From IMG/VR virus record IMGVR_UViG_3300029521_000124: a stretch of DNA of 5,487 bases; one strand, written 5' to 3'. Both the position numbers and the translations under genes were made by a program. The DNA comes from a virus. Lineage: Duplodnaviria > Heunggongvirae > Uroviricota > Caudoviricetes. Shown here one piece after another: positions 5,220-5,487 of the stretch. Position 1 is the stretch's first letter; each line of letters begins with the position of its first letter. A model generated the notes under the pieces. That model did no database searches and was not told the origin of the DNA. It worked only from the letters and a program-made list of their open reading frames with translations.

Positions 5220-5487
5220 GTGCGTGCGCCGGACACGGATAAGAATCCGGCACTGACAGTTTACTGAAAGGATATTTCCATGAAAAGTCAGACCATAACG
5301 CGAAAGCGCACGGCGAGGTAGCTGGTTCATAGATAGCCTGTCGTTAAATTTTCGTCGACCGTGCGCTTCCGGTTGTGACACTCCGCGAAATGGCGCGGCG
5401 GTAAGTATGACGGGGTTATTCCTTCCCCGTTGAGGACACCGGGTTGTCAGGTTGACCATACGCTTAAGTGACAACCCCGCTGCAACG
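5220..5487. other. GC-rich, inverted-repeat-dense segment of unresolved nature (structured RNA or mobile-element end, or the 3' end of a convergent gene that starts beyond the window)
   Basis: Tandem GTGCG at 5220-5228; hairpin 5228-5233/5246-5251; perfect 10-bp inverted repeat 5304-5313/5359-5368 (45-nt loop); hairpin 5410-5415/5425-5430; perfect 9-bp inverted repeat 5441-5449/5469-5477. No plus-strand ORF; one minus-strand frame is open to the window edge. Confidence 0.3.

Noticed and set aside
5184-5474. Minus-strand ORF, 96 aa
   Set aside because: No start codon with an RBS inside the window (TTG only), Arg-rich low-complexity translation, and it coincides with dense perfect inverted repeats. 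The frame is open to the window edge, so the 3' end of a convergent gene starting beyond 5487 cannot be excluded.
4802-5487. Expected DicF sRNA and dicB downstream of ydfC
   Set aside because: The remembered DicF sequence and any DicB-like ORF are absent; a different 124-aa gene occupies the position.
5400-5487. tRNA or tmRNA gene fragment acting as prophage attachment site
   Set aside because: No T-loop (GGTTCGAATCC-like) or CCA-end features; the hairpins do not fit a cloverleaf.

Overview
This window reads as the early/immunity region of a lambdoid (Qin/Rac-type) prophage from an E. coli-like enterobacterium; all identifications are from reading the sequence and from memory, with no database search. 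Left edge (1-70) is the terminal ~70 bp of an IS2-like insertion sequence whose body lies outside the window. The minus strand carries an early operon running right to left: cro-like dicC (3380-3610), a 173-aa unknown protein, an O-like replication initiator (1929-2894) with an iteron array and AT-rich region embedded in its coding sequence, a 140-aa unknown protein, a C-terminally truncated amino-methyltransferase fragment (1113-1469), then a 1.1-kb low-coding stretch with only small ORFs. A divergent promoter/operator region (3611-3693) separates dicC from the plus-strand repressor dicA (3694-4101), followed by ydfA, ydfB, ydfC and an unrecognised 124-aa ORF (4824-5198) sitting where E. coli K-12 Qin has dicF/dicB. 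The last ~270 bp (5220-5487) is a GC-rich, hairpin-dense segment that begins with tandem GTGCG and whose nature I cannot resolve. No rRNA, tRNA or CRISPR array was seen. The most novel candidates are the 124-aa cargo gene and the structured right-end element, but most of the window is ordinary prophage early-region content.
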